This document shows, in pieces, positions 18,891-29,587 of a stretch of DNA of 64,000 nucleotides; positions within the stretch are counted from its first letter, which is position 1, and each line of letters starts with the position of its first letter. Both the position numbers and the translations under genes were made by a program. Source of the stretch: an uncultured Bacillota bacterium (lineage in GTDB: Bacteria; Bacillota; Clostridia; Acetivibrionales; DTU013); contig OW818679.1 of the NCBI GenBank assembly GCA_942493145.1, positions 1,103,566-1,167,565 on the forward strand. Reading direction: 5' to 3'. A model generated the notes under the pieces. It was not told the origin of the DNA. It saw only the letters and a list, made by a program, of their open reading frames with translations, and did not search any database.

Positions 18891-20240
18891 CTATTTGAAA
18901 AACTCGTGATAAAGCGCTATTACAGCCTTGTCGCTGTCTGAACCGACAACGCCGAACATCATGCTTACCTCTGACGATCCCTGGTTTATCATTTCAAGGT
19001 TTACATCCGCGTCCCTTAATGCAGCTGTAGCCCTTGCAGCAATACCGATGGTATGGTTCATACCCTCACCGACGATCATAACGAGGGCGATATCACGCTG
19101 CACTGATACATCATCTACGGCGAGCTCATTCTTTATCCTGCTTAAAACCTTTGCTTCCTTTGTCTCGGTCAGCAATGCCTGCTTGAGGATAATTGACATG
19201 TTGTCGATACCGGATGGGATATGTTCAAAAGAAAGGCCTTCTTCCTCGAGGATCTGAAGTATTTTGCGGCCGAAGCCGACTTCACGGTTCATAAGGTACT
19301 TGCTCATGTATATGAAGCAGAAACCTCCTTCGCTTGCTACTCCGACAACAGGGTCACAGGCCTCTTCCCGGGCCTTGACGATTGTTGTGCCGGGTGCGTC
19401 GGGATTGTTGGTGTTTTTGATCCTTACGGGTATACCTTTGTGGTATACGGGTTCCAGGGCTTCTTCATGGAATACGCTGAAGCCTGCGTAAGAAAGCTCG
19501 CGCATCTCCCTGTAAGTGAGTACGGTTACAGGACGGGGATTTTGTACCAGGCTGGGGTTGACGGAATAGACATTGTCCACATCGGTGAAGTTCTCATATA
19601 GATCGGCGTCAACAGCAGCAGCAACTATGGAACCTGATATATCCGAGCCTCCTCTGGGTAATGTAACAACATCACCATCCTTTGAAAAGCCGAAAAAGCC
19701 GGGGAAGATAACTTTCCCAGGAATGTCCTTCAAGGATTTGAGGTTTTCATAAGATTCATTGAGGACCTGTGCGTTGCCGAATTCATCGCTCAGCAGCAGA
19801 CCCGCTTTACCGGCATTCACATATGTAGCTTTTTCGCCGGTTTTGTTGAGATAAGCTGCAACCAGCTTGGCACAGTTGTCTTCTCCTGCCGCTTTAAGTG
19901 AATCCATGAACCTTCCTTTGTTGGATGTGTCGCCTTCCACCCTGGCCTTGAGATCTGCAGATATTTCATCGGTCAATGTGCTGTCCAGTCCGAGATCTGA
20001 GGCAATCATCGCAAATCTGTCTGTTAAGGCTGCCAGTTCAGCATCTGCCGAGCCTTTTACCAAAACGGCATTTGCACAGGCGATAAGCATGTCTGTGACT
20101 TTGACATCGTCCTTGCTCCTTTTCCCCGGAGCAGATACTACAACCAGCTTGCGTTCGGGATCGGACACAACGATTTTGCATACCTTTCTTATCTGATCGG
20201 CAGATGCCAGGGATGTTCCTCCAAATTTTACAACTTTCAT
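18891..20240 (-). CDS. Aspartate kinase (monofunctional, with two C-terminal ACT domains)
   Basis: MKVVKFGGTSLASADQIRKV..VVVSAPG, followed by ACT-type C-terminal repeats. The start is chosen at MKVVKFGG, with GGAGG 9 nt upstream. Confidence 0.9.
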   Translation of the reverse strand: MKVVKFGGTSLASADQIRKVCKIVVSDPERKLVVVSAPGKRSKDDVKVTDMLIACANAVLVKGSADAELAALTDRFAMIASDLGLDSTLTDEISADLKARVEGDTSNKGRFMDSLKAAGEDNCAKLVAAYLNKTGEKATYVNAGKAGLLLSDEFGNAQVLNESYENLKSLKDIPGKVIFPGFFGFSKDGDVVTLPRGGSDISGSIVAAAVDADLYENFTDVDNVYSVNPSLVQNPRPVTVLTYREMRELSYAGFSVFHEEALEPVYHKGIPVRIKNTNNPDAPGTTIVKAREEACDPVVGVASEGGFCFIYMSKYLMNREVGFGRKILQILEEEGLSFEHIPSGIDNMSIILKQALLTETKEAKVLSRIKNELAVDDVSVQRDIALVMIVGEGMNHTIGIAARATAALRDADVNLEMINQGSSEVSMMFGVVGSDSDKAVIALYHEFFK

Positions 20241-20454
20241 TAATATAGTCCTCCATTTCAAATGCTACTTATTTAGCATTCAGCATTGTCTGCAAGTTCG
20301 GTCATCTAATCCTGCATATGCAATTTCTGCTAATCATTCTTTCATATAATCATATTATCACACTAGCAAAATTACTGTGTCAAGAATTATATTGTTAATG
20401 TATAATCAATCTGTATTATACTAATTATGTTATATATAAAGACAATCAAAAAAT

Positions 20455-20468
20455 CGAACATCTGTTTG
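20455..20468 (+). promoter_or_regulatory. LexA (Cheo/SOS) box upstream of uvrB
   Basis: CGAACATCTGTTTG compared with the Gram-positive consensus CGAAC-N4-GTTCG. It overlaps the -35 element. Confidence 0.65.
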
Positions 20469-20493
20469 ATTTTTTGATTTTTTGTGGTATAAT
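20466..20493 (+). promoter_or_regulatory. Sigma-A-type promoter of uvrBA
   Basis: -35 TTGATT (20466-20471), 16-nt spacer, extended -10 TGgTATAAT (20485-20493). Confidence 0.6.
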
Positions 20494-20514
20494 ATTTTTG
20501 TGCAGGAGGAGAGT

Positions 20515-22497
20515 ATGCCGGATTTTAAAATAACATCTGATTATAAATTGTGTGGCGATCAGCCCGATGCTGTGGACAAGCTTGTCAAAGGCCTTAACCT
20601 GAATTGCAGACACCAGTCACTCATGGGTGTTACCGGCTCTGGAAAGACCTTTACCATGGCGAATGTAATTGAAAGGGTTCAGAGACCGACCCTTGTTATG
20701 GCGCACAATAAAACGCTGGCTGCCCAACTCTGCAGTGAATTCAAGGAATTCTTCCCGGATAACGCCGTAGAATACTTTGTCAGCTACTATGACTATTACC
20801 AGCCGGAGGCGTACATACCAGCCACCGATACTTATATAGAAAAGGATTCCTCCATAAACGATGAGATAGACAAGCTCAGGCATTCTGCAACGGCAGCCCT
20901 TTTTGAACGGAGGGATGTCATAATAGTCGCCAGTGTTTCCTGCATATATGGACTTGGCGACCCGGAGGACTACACCGACCTCATGCTTTCCTTGAGGCCT
21001 GGCATGGTGAAGGACAGGGATGAGATAATAAGGAAGCTGGTCGGAATCCAATATGAAAGAAATGAGATTGATTTCAGGCGTGGCAGGTTCAGAGCCAGGG
21101 GGGATGTCCTGGAAATATTCCCGCCCGATTCCACCGACAGGGTATTAAGGATAGAATTCTTTGGGGATGAAATTGAAAAAATATCGGAGATTAATTATAT
21201 CACCGGAGAAATACTTGGAAGCAGGAGCCATGCAGCGATTTTCCCGGCAAACCATTATGCCACTTCGCGTGTGAAAATGGAAAAGGCACTGGGCTCCATC
21301 GAGCAGGAACTGGAAGAACAACTGGTGGAGCTTAAAAGCCAGGGTAAGATTTTGGAAGCACACAGATTGGAACAAAGGACCAGGTACGATCTGGAGATGC
21401 TTCAGGAAATCGGTTTCTGTCAGGGAATAGAGAACTACTCCAGGCATATAAGCGGAAGGACTCCGGGTAGTGCGCCATTTACGCTGATTGACTACTTCCC
21501 TGATGATTTCCTGCTTATTGTAGACGAATCCCATGTTTCAATTCCTCAAATCGGCGGAATGTATAACGGTGACAGGGCAAGGAAGGAAGCACTGGTCAAT
21601 TTCGGCTTCAGACTCCCCTCAGCATATGACAACAGACCACTGAAGTTCAATGAATTTGAGGGCAAGATAAAAAATGCAATATATGTGAGTGCGACACCCG
21701 GACCTTATGAAAAGAAACATTCTGGACAGATGGTAGAGCAGATCATCCGCCCGACAGGCCTGATAGATCCCGAAATAATAGTTAGGCCGGTAAAAGGACA
21801 GATCGACGACCTTATAGGCGAATTGAACAAGAGGATTGAAAAAGGCCACAGGGTTCTTGTAACCACCCTTACGAAAAAAATGTCCGAGGATCTTACCAAC
21901 TACCTGGGTGAACTTGATTTCAAGGTCAAATATCTGCATTCCGATATTGAAACACTTGAGAGGATGGAAATAATAAGAGATCTGAGGCTGGGCGTCTTCG
22001 ATGTACTGGTAGGGATAAACCTCCTAAGGGAAGGACTTGACCTGCCTGAGGTATCACTGGTAGCTATCCTCGATGCCGATAAGGAAGGTTTCCTGCGTTC
22101 TGAAACCGCCCTTGTGCAGACCATCGGAAGAGCTGCCCGGCATGTTGAGGGTACGGTTATCATGTATGCAGATAAAATGACCGACTCCATGAGCAGGGCA
22201 ATCAGTGAGACAAACAGAAGAAGAAGGCTCCAGGTTGAATACAACCTCGAGCACGGAATTACACCTACCTCCATCCAGAAGGGCGTAAGAGACGTAATTG
22301 AAACGATGAAGGTAGCAGAGACATCGGGTGCATATATTGCCGCAACCGACCTTGAGGGGATGGCTGAACAGGAACTTGAAGCAATTGCGCTCAAACTCGA
22401 AAAGGATATGAAGCAGGCAGCAAGAGAGCTGCAGTTCGAAAGGGCGGCCGAGCTCAGAGACAGACTGACGGAGATCAAACGAAGGCTGCCACGGTAG
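20515..22497 (+). CDS. uvrB: Excinuclease ABC subunit B
   Basis: [26 protein letters not shown], Walker [10 protein letters not shown]-terminal UVR motif [18 protein letters not shown] lies 5 nt upstream of this ATG. Confidence 0.97.
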   Translation: MPDFKITSDYKLCGDQPDAVDKLVKGLNLNCRHQSLMGVTGSGKTFTMANVIERVQRPTLVMAHNKTLAAQLCSEFKEFFPDNAVEYFVSYYDYYQPEAYIPATDTYIEKDSSINDEIDKLRHSATAALFERRDVIIVASVSCIYGLGDPEDYTDLMLSLRPGMVKDRDEIIRKLVGIQYERNEIDFRRGRFRARGDVLEIFPPDSTDRVLRIEFFGDEIEKISEINYITGEILGSRSHAAIFPANHYATSRVKMEKALGSIEQELEEQLVELKSQGKILEAHRLEQRTRYDLEMLQEIGFCQGIENYSRHISGRTPGSAPFTLIDYFPDDFLLIVDESHVSIPQIGGMYNGDRARKEALVNFGFRLPSAYDNRPLKFNEFEGKIKNAIYVSATPGPYEKKHSGQMVEQIIRPTGLIDPEIIVRPVKGQIDDLIGELNKRIEKGHRVLVTTLTKKMSEDLTNYLGELDFKVKYLHSDIETLERMEIIRDLRLGVFDVLVGINLLREGLDLPEVSLVAILDADKEGFLRSETALVQTIGRAARHVEGTVIMYADKMTDSMSRAISETNRRRRLQVEYNLEHGITPTSIQKGVRDVIETMKVAETSGAYIAATDLEGMAEQELEAIALKLEKDMKQAARELQFERAAELRDRLTEIKRRLPR

Positions 22498-22577
22498 AAA
22501 TATTAATTTCCAGATAAAAATCAATCAGAATAAAATCAATCAAGAAAAGATAAAACAAATGGAAACAGGTGGTATGT

Positions 22578-25403
22578 ATGACTGCAGAAAGTATTTTTAT
22601 AAAGGGAGCAAGGGAACACAACCTCAAAAACATAGATGTGGAGATACCCAGAGACAAATTTGTCGTCATTACCGGGCTGAGTGGTTCGGGGAAATCTTCA
22701 CTGGCGTTTGATACTATTTATGCCGAAGGACAGAGACGCTATGTCGAATCACTTTCGGCTTATGCGAGACAGTTTCTCGGACAGATGGAAAAACCTGATG
22801 TCGATTATATAAACGGCCTTTCACCGGCCATTTCAATAGACCAGAAAACGACCAGCCGCAATCCGCGCTCAACAGTCGGAACCGTCACTGAGATATATGA
22901 TTATTTAAGGCTGTTATATGCCAGGATAGGTATTCCACACTGTCATATATGCGGTAAGGAGATTTCCCAACAGACGGTGGACCAGATGGTGGATACCGTC
23001 ATGGATATTGGTGAGGGAGCCAGGATACAGCTCCTCGCCCCGGTAGTAAGAGGCAGGAAGGGTGAATACCACAAGCTGATCGAGGATGCCCGTAAAAGCG
23101 GTTATGTCAGGATACGCATCGACGGAGAAGTCCTGGATATCAATGAACCGGTCAATCTGGACAAAAACAAAAAACATACAATAGAGATAGTAGTGGACAG
23201 GCTTATTGTAAAGCCGGATATACGTAAGAGGCTTGCGGAATCGATAGAAACTGTCCTGCACCTGAGCAGCGGTATCCTGGTTATCGATGTAAACGGTGAA
23301 AGGGAGCTCCTGTTCAGCCAGAATTTTGCCTGCAGCGATTGCGGTATAAGCATTGAGGAGCTCACTCCAAGAATGTTCTCCTTCAACAACCCCTTCGGAG
23401 CCTGTCCAACATGCAGCGGTCTGGGAACTTTGTTGAAAATGGATCCCGACCTTGTAATCCCCGACAGATCCAAAAGCCTGACAGAAGGAGCTATAAAGGT
23501 AGGAAGCTGGAACTTCGAAAACGAGGATGGATATGCGAGGATGTATATCAATGCACTTGCCAAACATTACAATTTCAATCTCCATACTCCGATTGAAAAG
23601 CTTCCATCCAAAATAGTGGACATAATCCTTTATGGTACCGGCGGTGAAAAGATAAAGGTGGTTTATGACAAGGAATACGGCAGTGGTACCTTCATGACAG
23701 CCTTCGAAGGCGTGATCGGCAGCATGGAAAGGCGATACAAGGAAACCCAGTCCGATAGTATGAAGCAGTATTATGAGGAATACATGAGCAGCAACCCATG
23801 CCCGGAATGCAAGGGGGCCAGACTGAAGAAGGAGAGCCTCGCTGTGACTATAGGAGATAGCAATATAAACCAGCTTGTCAGCCTTCCGGTTGGTGAAATA
23901 GGCGCATTTTTCAGCGGACTCAGACTCACAGAGCGCGAGCTTCTCATAGCAAACCAGATACTTAAGGAGATCTATGCAAGGATAGGTTTCCTTATGGATG
24001 TTGGTCTGGATTACCTGACGCTTTCGAGAGCAGCCGGTACGCTGTCCGGCGGCGAGGCACAGCGCATAAGGCTGGCGACCCAGATAGGATCGGGGCTGGT
24101 AGGTGTATTGTATATTCTGGACGAACCCAGTATCGGCCTTCATCAGAGGGATAATGACAAGCTCCTTAAGACGCTGAAACGCCTGCGTGATCTCGGGAAT
24201 ACCCTTATAGTCGTGGAACATGACGAGGATACCATGTTTGCAGCCGATCAAATAATCGACATGGGTCCGGGACCTGGAGTTCGTGGGGGTTACATTGTGG
24301 CACAGGGAACCATTGAAGAGATAATTGCCTGTGAGGAGTCCCTCACCGGACAATACCTGAGCGGCAAAAAAATGATAGATATCCCTGAAAAAAGGCGCAA
24401 ACCAAACGGTAAATGGCTTGAAGTCGTCGGAGCCCGGGAAAACAATTTGAAAAATATCGACGTAGGCATACCTTTGGGAGTATTGACTGCTGTAACAGGT
24501 GTTTCAGGTTCGGGAAAGAGTTCCCTGGTCAACGAAATAATCTACAAGAAGCTTTCAGCGGAACTCAACAGGGCAAGGCACAGGGCAGGCGACCATGATT
24601 GCATCAAAGGGCAGCAGCATCTGGACAAGGTAATAGACATAGACCAATCCGCTATCGGAAGGACACCCCGGTCGAATCCTGCGACCTATACAGGGATGTT
24701 TGACCTCATCAGGGAAGTTTTTTCCGGAACCACCGAATCAAAAATGAGGGGTTACAAGGCAGGAAGATTCAGCTTCAACGTCAAGGGTGGAAGGTGCGAA
24801 GCCTGCAGCGGAGACGGAATAATCAAGATAGAAATGCATTTCCTGCCTGATGTATATGTGCCATGCGAGGTTTGCAAGGGCAAGAGGTATAACAGGGAGA
24901 CACTCGAAGTAAGGTACAAGGGTAAAAGCATCGCTGACGTATTGGATATGACGGTGGAGGATGCCATGGAGTTTTTCAAAAACATACCACGCATACACAG
25001 GAAACTGGAGACGCTTAATGACGTAGGCCTTGGATATATCAAGGTAGGCCAGCCTTCAACCACTCTTTCGGGCGGAGAGGCACAGAGAATCAAACTTGCG
25101 ACTGAACTTTCGAAGAGGGCTACCGGAAAGACCTTGTATATACTTGACGAACCTACCACCGGCCTCCATATGGCTGATGTGCACAGACTGGTGGATATAC
25201 TTCATCGCCTTGTTGACGCCGGTAATACCGCACTGGTTATAGAACATAACCTTGATGTGATTAAAACTTCCGATTATATTATAGATCTGGGCCCCGAAGG
25301 TGGAGGAAAAGGTGGATATGTTATTGCAAAGGGAACACCTGAGGAAGTTGCAGCTACTGAAGACTCATATACAGGACATTTTTTGAAGAAAGCTCTGGAG
25401 TGA
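22578..25403 (+). CDS. uvrA: Excinuclease ABC subunit A
   Basis: [36 protein letters not shown], a second Walker [10 protein letters not shown], and zinc-finger Cys pairs. The start is ATG 22578 (AGGTGG 6 nt upstream) or GTG 22569. Confidence 0.97.
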   Translation: MTAESIFIKGAREHNLKNIDVEIPRDKFVVITGLSGSGKSSLAFDTIYAEGQRRYVESLSAYARQFLGQMEKPDVDYINGLSPAISIDQKTTSRNPRSTVGTVTEIYDYLRLLYARIGIPHCHICGKEISQQTVDQMVDTVMDIGEGARIQLLAPVVRGRKGEYHKLIEDARKSGYVRIRIDGEVLDINEPVNLDKNKKHTIEIVVDRLIVKPDIRKRLAESIETVLHLSSGILVIDVNGERELLFSQNFACSDCGISIEELTPRMFSFNNPFGACPTCSGLGTLLKMDPDLVIPDRSKSLTEGAIKVGSWNFENEDGYARMYINALAKHYNFNLHTPIEKLPSKIVDIILYGTGGEKIKVVYDKEYGSGTFMTAFEGVIGSMERRYKETQSDSMKQYYEEYMSSNPCPECKGARLKKESLAVTIGDSNINQLVSLPVGEIGAFFSGLRLTERELLIANQILKEIYARIGFLMDVGLDYLTLSRAAGTLSGGEAQRIRLATQIGSGLVGVLYILDEPSIGLHQRDNDKLLKTLKRLRDLGNTLIVVEHDEDTMFAADQIIDMGPGPGVRGGYIVAQGTIEEIIACEESLTGQYLSGKKMIDIPEKRRKPNGKWLEVVGARENNLKNIDVGIPLGVLTAVTGVSGSGKSSLVNEIIYKKLSAELNRARHRAGDHDCIKGQQHLDKVIDIDQSAIGRTPRSNPATYTGMFDLIREVFSGTTESKMRGYKAGRFSFNVKGGRCEACSGDGIIKIEMHFLPDVYVPCEVCKGKRYNRETLEVRYKGKSIADVLDMTVEDAMEFFKNIPRIHRKLETLNDVGLGYIKVGQPSTTLSGGEAQRIKLATELSKRATGKTLYILDEPTTGLHMADVHRLVDILHRLVDAGNTALVIEHNLDVIKTSDYIIDLGPEGGGKGGYVIAKGTPEEVAATEDSYTGHFLKKALE

Positions 25404-25411
25404 ACGAAATT

Positions 25412-25479
25412 ACATCAGGAAACCAACCTGTTTCGGAGGTTTGGTTTCCTGATGTGCAGCCTGTTACAGGCGCTTTTTT
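25412..25479 (+). terminator. uvrA terminator (two consecutive hairpins, the second followed by a T-run)
   Basis: ACATCAGGAAACCAACCT / AGGTTTGGTTTCCTGATGT, then GCCTG-tta-CAGGC followed by GCTTTTTT. Confidence 0.7.
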
Positions 25480-25514
25480 CGTAAAACCCGGTTGATGTAG
25501 CCTACGTAAAATTT

Positions 25515-25637
25515 TTAGGTAGGATTCGTGTAAAAACCACGAGGGCTTACGAATAATAAAAGGAATACGAGAATGAAAAACAAAATCGCACAGTTGTCAT
25601 TAAATATATTGCCGAGTACGCCGCCTCTTTCTCCCAT
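25515..25637 (-). CDS. Candidate small hydrophobic peptide (40 aa), below the ORF-track cutoff
   Basis: MGERGGVLGNIFNDNCAILFFILVFLLLFVSPRGFYTNPT, preceded by GAGGAGGTG 6 nt upstream of the ATG. Gly-rich head plus one hydrophobic helix, reminiscent of small clostridial sporulation-type peptides. Confidence 0.35.
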   Translation of the reverse strand: MGERGGVLGNIFNDNCAILFFILVFLLLFVSPRGFYTNPT

Positions 25638-25882
25638 TGTCAACACCTCCTCATTTCAATTTATTCCACCCGCCCGAAATAGGTTACAAGTAATTTCTTC
25701 AGGCACTATTTGGTCGTTTACCTCCTGTATATCAGGGGTTGATAAGGTCTCGACCGACTTGAGGAGCTTGCACATGTGTTAAATTTATGTTAAGTGATAT
25801 TGTATAAAAGTTAACTGTATTATATAATTTTTACGAATCATACTATCTGTATAATTCAGATTATAGGAAAAGAGGAAGTTGA

Positions 25883-26506
25883 ATGTTTAGGATTACAGCT
25901 AAAGAAGGTGTTTTTTTCGACCTGTTCATTGCGACCATGACTGATACCTGTGAAGCTGCAAAAAAGCTGCAGGACCTTATGATCAATTATGAAAACATTG
26001 AAGATAAAATTAGTGTCATAGAAGATTATGAGCATAAATGCGACAGCCATCTCCACAGGATGCTTGAAAACCTAAATAAATCATTTATAACGCCTATCGA
26101 CAGAGAGGATATACACCAAATTGCAAAGGAACTGGATGACATTACCGATGCTATAGAAGCTACAGCCCACAGGTTCAGGATGTTCAATGTAAAGAAGATA
26201 AGAAGCGAAGCAGTGGAGCTTACAAACCTTATAGTCCAGGGCACGGAGGAGTTGTATAAGCTGATGGTTGAGCTTAAGAACTTCAAGACCAGCAAAAACA
26301 TGAAAAACATGGTCATCGAAGTCAACCGTATAGAAAACTGCGGTGATGATATGTTCAGAAGCGCAATGCACAAGCTTTTCGTAACAGAGACTGACCCCCT
26401 CGAAGTAATAAAATGGAAAGAGATATACGAATTCCTGGAAAATACACTTGATGCCTGTGAGGATGTTGCCAACGCAATTGAAGGCGTTGCAATGAAAAAC
26501 TCATAA
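25883..26506 (+). CDS. DUF47 family protein (PhoU-like putative phosphate-transport regulator, YkaA type)
   Basis: Helical protein with ..HKCDSHLHRMLENLNKSFITPIDREDIHQIAKELDDITDAIE.. and ..GDDMFRSAM..L, the pattern typical of DUF47. Confidence 0.75.
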   Translation: MFRITAKEGVFFDLFIATMTDTCEAAKKLQDLMINYENIEDKISVIEDYEHKCDSHLHRMLENLNKSFITPIDREDIHQIAKELDDITDAIEATAHRFRMFNVKKIRSEAVELTNLIVQGTEELYKLMVELKNFKTSKNMKNMVIEVNRIENCGDDMFRSAMHKLFVTETDPLEVIKWKEIYEFLENTLDACEDVANAIEGVAMKNS

Positions 26507-26581
26507 ACTGCATTAAAAAACAGGGTATTGAATTTTTCATAATTACTTGTTTTCTGGAATATAATTAATCAGAAATTATCC

Positions 26582-26645
26582 ATTGCCTGTGGTTTGCCCT
26601 TCTAATGTATCATTGTGAAGGTCCTTTCGCAGGCAATTTTATTTG
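26582..26645 (+). terminator. Possible terminator after the DUF47 gene
   Basis: ATTGCCTG / CAGGCAAT stem enclosing an inner CCTTC/GAAGG hairpin, followed by TTTTATTTG. The loop is large, hence modest confidence. Confidence 0.4.
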
Positions 26646-26846
26646 TAGGATGACATTTCGATTTTTCCAAAAGATGAGTGGTTTAGATTATTCGTATAAT
26701 ATGTTATATTTATATTAAATGATAGAAAAGGCTTTGAGTTGGTAAATACTTTCTAGAGAAACAAAACATATGAGACAATTCGGGTTGAATAAACGTAATT
26801 ATATATGGAAATGACTTTATTCAGCGCCTATAGGAGATGATGGAAC

Positions 26847-29177
26847 ATGATGTGCACAATCTGCAAGGAAAACTATGCAGTGGTTTTTATAACCAAGATA
26901 ACAGACGGAAAACAATCACAAGAGGGCTTATGCCTTTCCTGCGCAAAAAAACAGGGTATCCAGCCGGTAAATCAACTGATAGAACAGACTGGGATGAGCG
27001 AAGAAGATATAGATAACCTGAACAAGCAAATGAGCAGCATGCTTGAAAACATGGATATGGATATGCCCGGAAATGATCCATCTGGACAGAATTCGATGAA
27101 AAAAGGCAATCCTTTTTTCAACTTCATAAACAAGGCATTTCCCAAAAATGATGAGGGCAATGAGGGATTGCTTGAACCTGGAAAAGAATTCTACGAGGAT
27201 AAGGAAGGCAAGAACGGATCAAACGGCACAAGGACGAAAACCCAGGAGAAAAAGGGTTCAAAGAAGAAAAAATACCTTGATATGTATGGTACCAATCTGA
27301 TTGATCTTGCAAAGGAAGACAAAATAGACAGGGTCATAGGCAGACAAAGTGAAATTGACCGGATAATCCAGATATTGAACAGAAGGACAAAAAACAATCC
27401 ATGTCTGATTGGTGAGCCAGGCGTTGGAAAAACAGCCGTAGCCGAAGGACTTGCAGTCAGGATAGCAAAAAAACAGGTTCCGGCGAAGCTTTTTAACAGC
27501 GAGGTATACCTGCTGGATATGACGTCTATCGTTGCCGGGACACAATTCAGGGGCCAATTTGAAAGCCGGATGAAGGGTATAATTGAGGAAGCGAAAGCTC
27601 TCGGCAATGTTATACTGATCATCGATGAGCTCCATAATATCATGGGCGCCGGGGAGGCGGAAGGAGCCATGAATGCTGCAAACATCCTGAAGCCGGCATT
27701 GGCAAAGGGTGAAATACAGGTAATAGGCTCGACCACACTGAATGAATACCGCAAGCATATTGAAAAGGACTCGGCCCTCGAAAGACGATTCCAACCTGTC
27801 GTTGTTGATGAACCCAGTGTCGAGGATACCATTGAGATAATCAAAGGCATAAGGGATTATTATGAAAACTATCACAGGGTAAGGATATCCGACGAAGTCA
27901 TAGAAGCAGCCGTAAAGCTTTCGGAACGGTATATAACCGATAGATTCCTGCCGGACAAAGCCATAGATGTCATCGACGAGGCGGGCTCCAGGGCGAATCT
28001 GAGCAATACCAGTCTGGTTGAACTGGAAACAATGAAGGATGAACTAAAGAAAGTCCAGGATGAAAAGGAATATGCAATTTCTGCAGATTCCATAGAGGAT
28101 TATCAAAAGGCGGCAGACCTTAAGGTCAGAGAATGCAAGCTTTTGCAGGAAATTAAAGACTTTGAGGATAGGAACAAGGAAGATGTACTGACTATTGAAG
28201 ATGTTGCCAGGGTGGTTGAGGTTTGGACAAAGATACCGGTTCAAAGGCTTACAGAAATTGAAGCGGAAAAATTGATGAACCTCGAGGATAGACTTCACAA
28301 AAGGGTAGTAGGGCAGAACGAAGCTGTCAGGAGCATTGCGAAGGCTATAAAGAGAAGCAGGTCAGGATTCAGAAAGAAAAAGAAACCAGCATCCTTTGTA
28401 TTCGTAGGACCGACCGGTGTCGGAAAAACTGAGCTTGTAAGAGCACTGGCAGTTGAACTGTTTGAGACCGAAGAAGCTTTGATAAGGCTCGACATGTCCG
28501 AATATATGGAGAAGCATACCGTTTCCAAGCTTATTGGTTCACCTCCGGGATATGTTGGATATGACGAAGGAGGACAACTGACTGAAAAGGTGCGCAGGAA
28601 GCCATTCTCAATATTGCTGCTGGATGAGATAGAAAAAGCCCATCCGGATATCTTCAATATGCTGCTACAGATACTTGAAGATGGCAGGCTTACCGACAGC
28701 CATGGCAGGGTGGTCAGCTTTGAGAACACCATCATCGTCATGACCTCAAATGCGGGTACGTCACTCAAGGCAAATGCCATCGGCTTTTCAAATGACGGGT
28801 ATAAAGCGCTGGAAAGCCGTGTAAAGGATGTGTTGAAGGAAACCTTCAGGCCTGAGTTCCTGAACAGGCTGGATGAGATAATAGTATTCACCGAACTGAA
28901 CAGGGAAGAGCTCAGAAAAATCGTTGAACTCATGTTGTCGGAGGTCGCAGTGGAAGCTTCTTCAAAGGGCATTTCAATGCACTTTACCGAAACAGTCAAG
29001 GATTTCATTCTTGACAAGGGGTACGATCCGAAATATGGTGCACGGCCATTAAGAAGGACCATTCAGAAGTATGTGGAGGATGAGATGACAGAGCAGTTCC
29101 TCATCGGTGGCTTTGGTGAAGGCAGCAATATTTCAGTAGATATTGAGGAAGAAAAGGTAGTTATTAAGATGGTATAA
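26847..29177 (+). CDS. clpE: Clp/Hsp100 AAA+ ATPase with an N-terminal zinc ribbon (ClpE-like)
   Basis: N-terminal CTIC...CLSC zinc ribbon in place of Clp_N repeats, then a low-complexity linker. Two AAA modules (GEPGVGKTA; GPTGVGKTE) and a middle coiled coil. Confidence 0.8.
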   Translation: MMCTICKENYAVVFITKITDGKQSQEGLCLSCAKKQGIQPVNQLIEQTGMSEEDIDNLNKQMSSMLENMDMDMPGNDPSGQNSMKKGNPFFNFINKAFPKNDEGNEGLLEPGKEFYEDKEGKNGSNGTRTKTQEKKGSKKKKYLDMYGTNLIDLAKEDKIDRVIGRQSEIDRIIQILNRRTKNNPCLIGEPGVGKTAVAEGLAVRIAKKQVPAKLFNSEVYLLDMTSIVAGTQFRGQFESRMKGIIEEAKALGNVILIIDELHNIMGAGEAEGAMNAANILKPALAKGEIQVIGSTTLNEYRKHIEKDSALERRFQPVVVDEPSVEDTIEIIKGIRDYYENYHRVRISDEVIEAAVKLSERYITDRFLPDKAIDVIDEAGSRANLSNTSLVELETMKDELKKVQDEKEYAISADSIEDYQKAADLKVRECKLLQEIKDFEDRNKEDVLTIEDVARVVEVWTKIPVQRLTEIEAEKLMNLEDRLHKRVVGQNEAVRSIAKAIKRSRSGFRKKKKPASFVFVGPTGVGKTELVRALAVELFETEEALIRLDMSEYMEKHTVSKLIGSPPGYVGYDEGGQLTEKVRRKPFSILLLDEIEKAHPDIFNMLLQILEDGRLTDSHGRVVSFENTIIVMTSNAGTSLKANAIGFSNDGYKALESRVKDVLKETFRPEFLNRLDEIIVFTELNREELRKIVELMLSEVAVEASSKGISMHFTETVKDFILDKGYDPKYGARPLRRTIQKYVEDEMTEQFLIGGFGEGSNISVDIEEEKVVIKMV

Positions 29178-29198
29178 CAAGCGTTGACAGATAATATG

Positions 29199-29235
29199 AG
29201 CCGGATTGTATAAGGGGTTAAACCCTTGTTCAATC
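29199..29235 (+). terminator. 5' half of the clpE-like terminator, split by the IS insertion (3' half at 30909-30918)
   Basis: Removing 29236-30908 restores AGCCGGATTG...CAATCCGGCT followed by TTTTTTATT. Confidence 0.7.
29228..29235. repeat. Target-site duplication, left copy (GTTCAATC)
   Basis: An identical 8-mer directly flanks the other IS end at 30901-30908. Confidence 0.85.
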
Positions 29236-29293
29236 GGCTCTACGTCAATAGTTGGGGTGGGGCACAAGTAAAATAAAATATTGATATATTTTC

Positions 29294-29334
29294 CCGGCGG
29301 ATGACCAAAATGATATTGGTTATCTGCCGGTTTT
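29294..29334 (+). terminator. Subterminal hairpin plus T-run inside the IS end, oriented to stop transcription entering from the flank
   Basis: CCGGCGGATGACC / GGTTATCTGCCGG (two G.U pairs on the + strand), followed by TTTTGG. Confidence 0.45.
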
Positions 29335-29352
29335 GGTTTGTAAAGGCGTTAT

Positions 29353-29581
29353 GCAGGTGGGTCAAGCAGGTACCAGCATCAGGCTCCGTCACAGACAGGC
29401 TGTAGGAAGAAAAGGCTCGCTGCAATGCGGGCGCCGGTGAAACGGCGTCCATGCCTATGCACCGGCGGCTGTGCCATCGTGGCACACCTTTATGTTCCTT
29501 GAGCCGCATTCCAGCTTCTCCATACTTCACAGCCTGTAACCGTTCCTCCGCATTCTGCTATATACTGCTTAACCCACCTGC
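29353..29581 (-). ncRNA. Candidate structured element, unclassified (copy B, IS-borne)
   Basis: Closing stem 29353-29367/29567-29581 (14 of 15 pairs). Inner stems 29395-29403/29529-29537 and 29419-29430/29504-29515. Apical hairpins 29433-29466 and 29471-29485. Conserved unpaired motif at 29489-29501. It lies directly after the transposase stop codon on the same strand. Confidence 0.5.
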
Positions 29582-29587
29582 TTTTTA

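Noticed and set aside
20241-20480. Lysine riboswitch (L-box) or T-box leader upstream of aspartate kinase
   Set aside because: The leader is short and strongly A+T-rich, with only one small hairpin (AATGCTA/TAGCATT). None of the conserved L-box helices or a specifier/T-box sequence was seen.
22914-24353. Long antisense ORFs: 479 aa opposite uvrA, 343 aa at 41118..42149, 315 aa at 45815..46762, 366 aa at 57260..58360, 306 aa at 60034..60954, 228 aa at 16655..17341, 219/205 aa at 27191..27875
   Set aside because: Each lies entirely opposite a gene with strong family signatures. None has an RBS or domain pattern, and they have skewed low-complexity composition (Ser/Ile/Leu/Phe-rich). They are shadow ORFs.
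26507-26846. CtsR operator (tandem GGTCAAA) upstream of the ClpE-like gene
   Set aside because: No GGTCAAA/TTTGACC heptad repeat was found in the 340-bp upstream region. No call is made.
29240-29530. 96-aa ORF on the minus strand (and the 80-aa + ORF at 29451..29693) inside the IS, as a possible second IS gene
   Set aside because: Both lie on the structured element. The reading frames are not preserved in copy A, no RBS is present, and the composition is driven by the G+C-rich helices.
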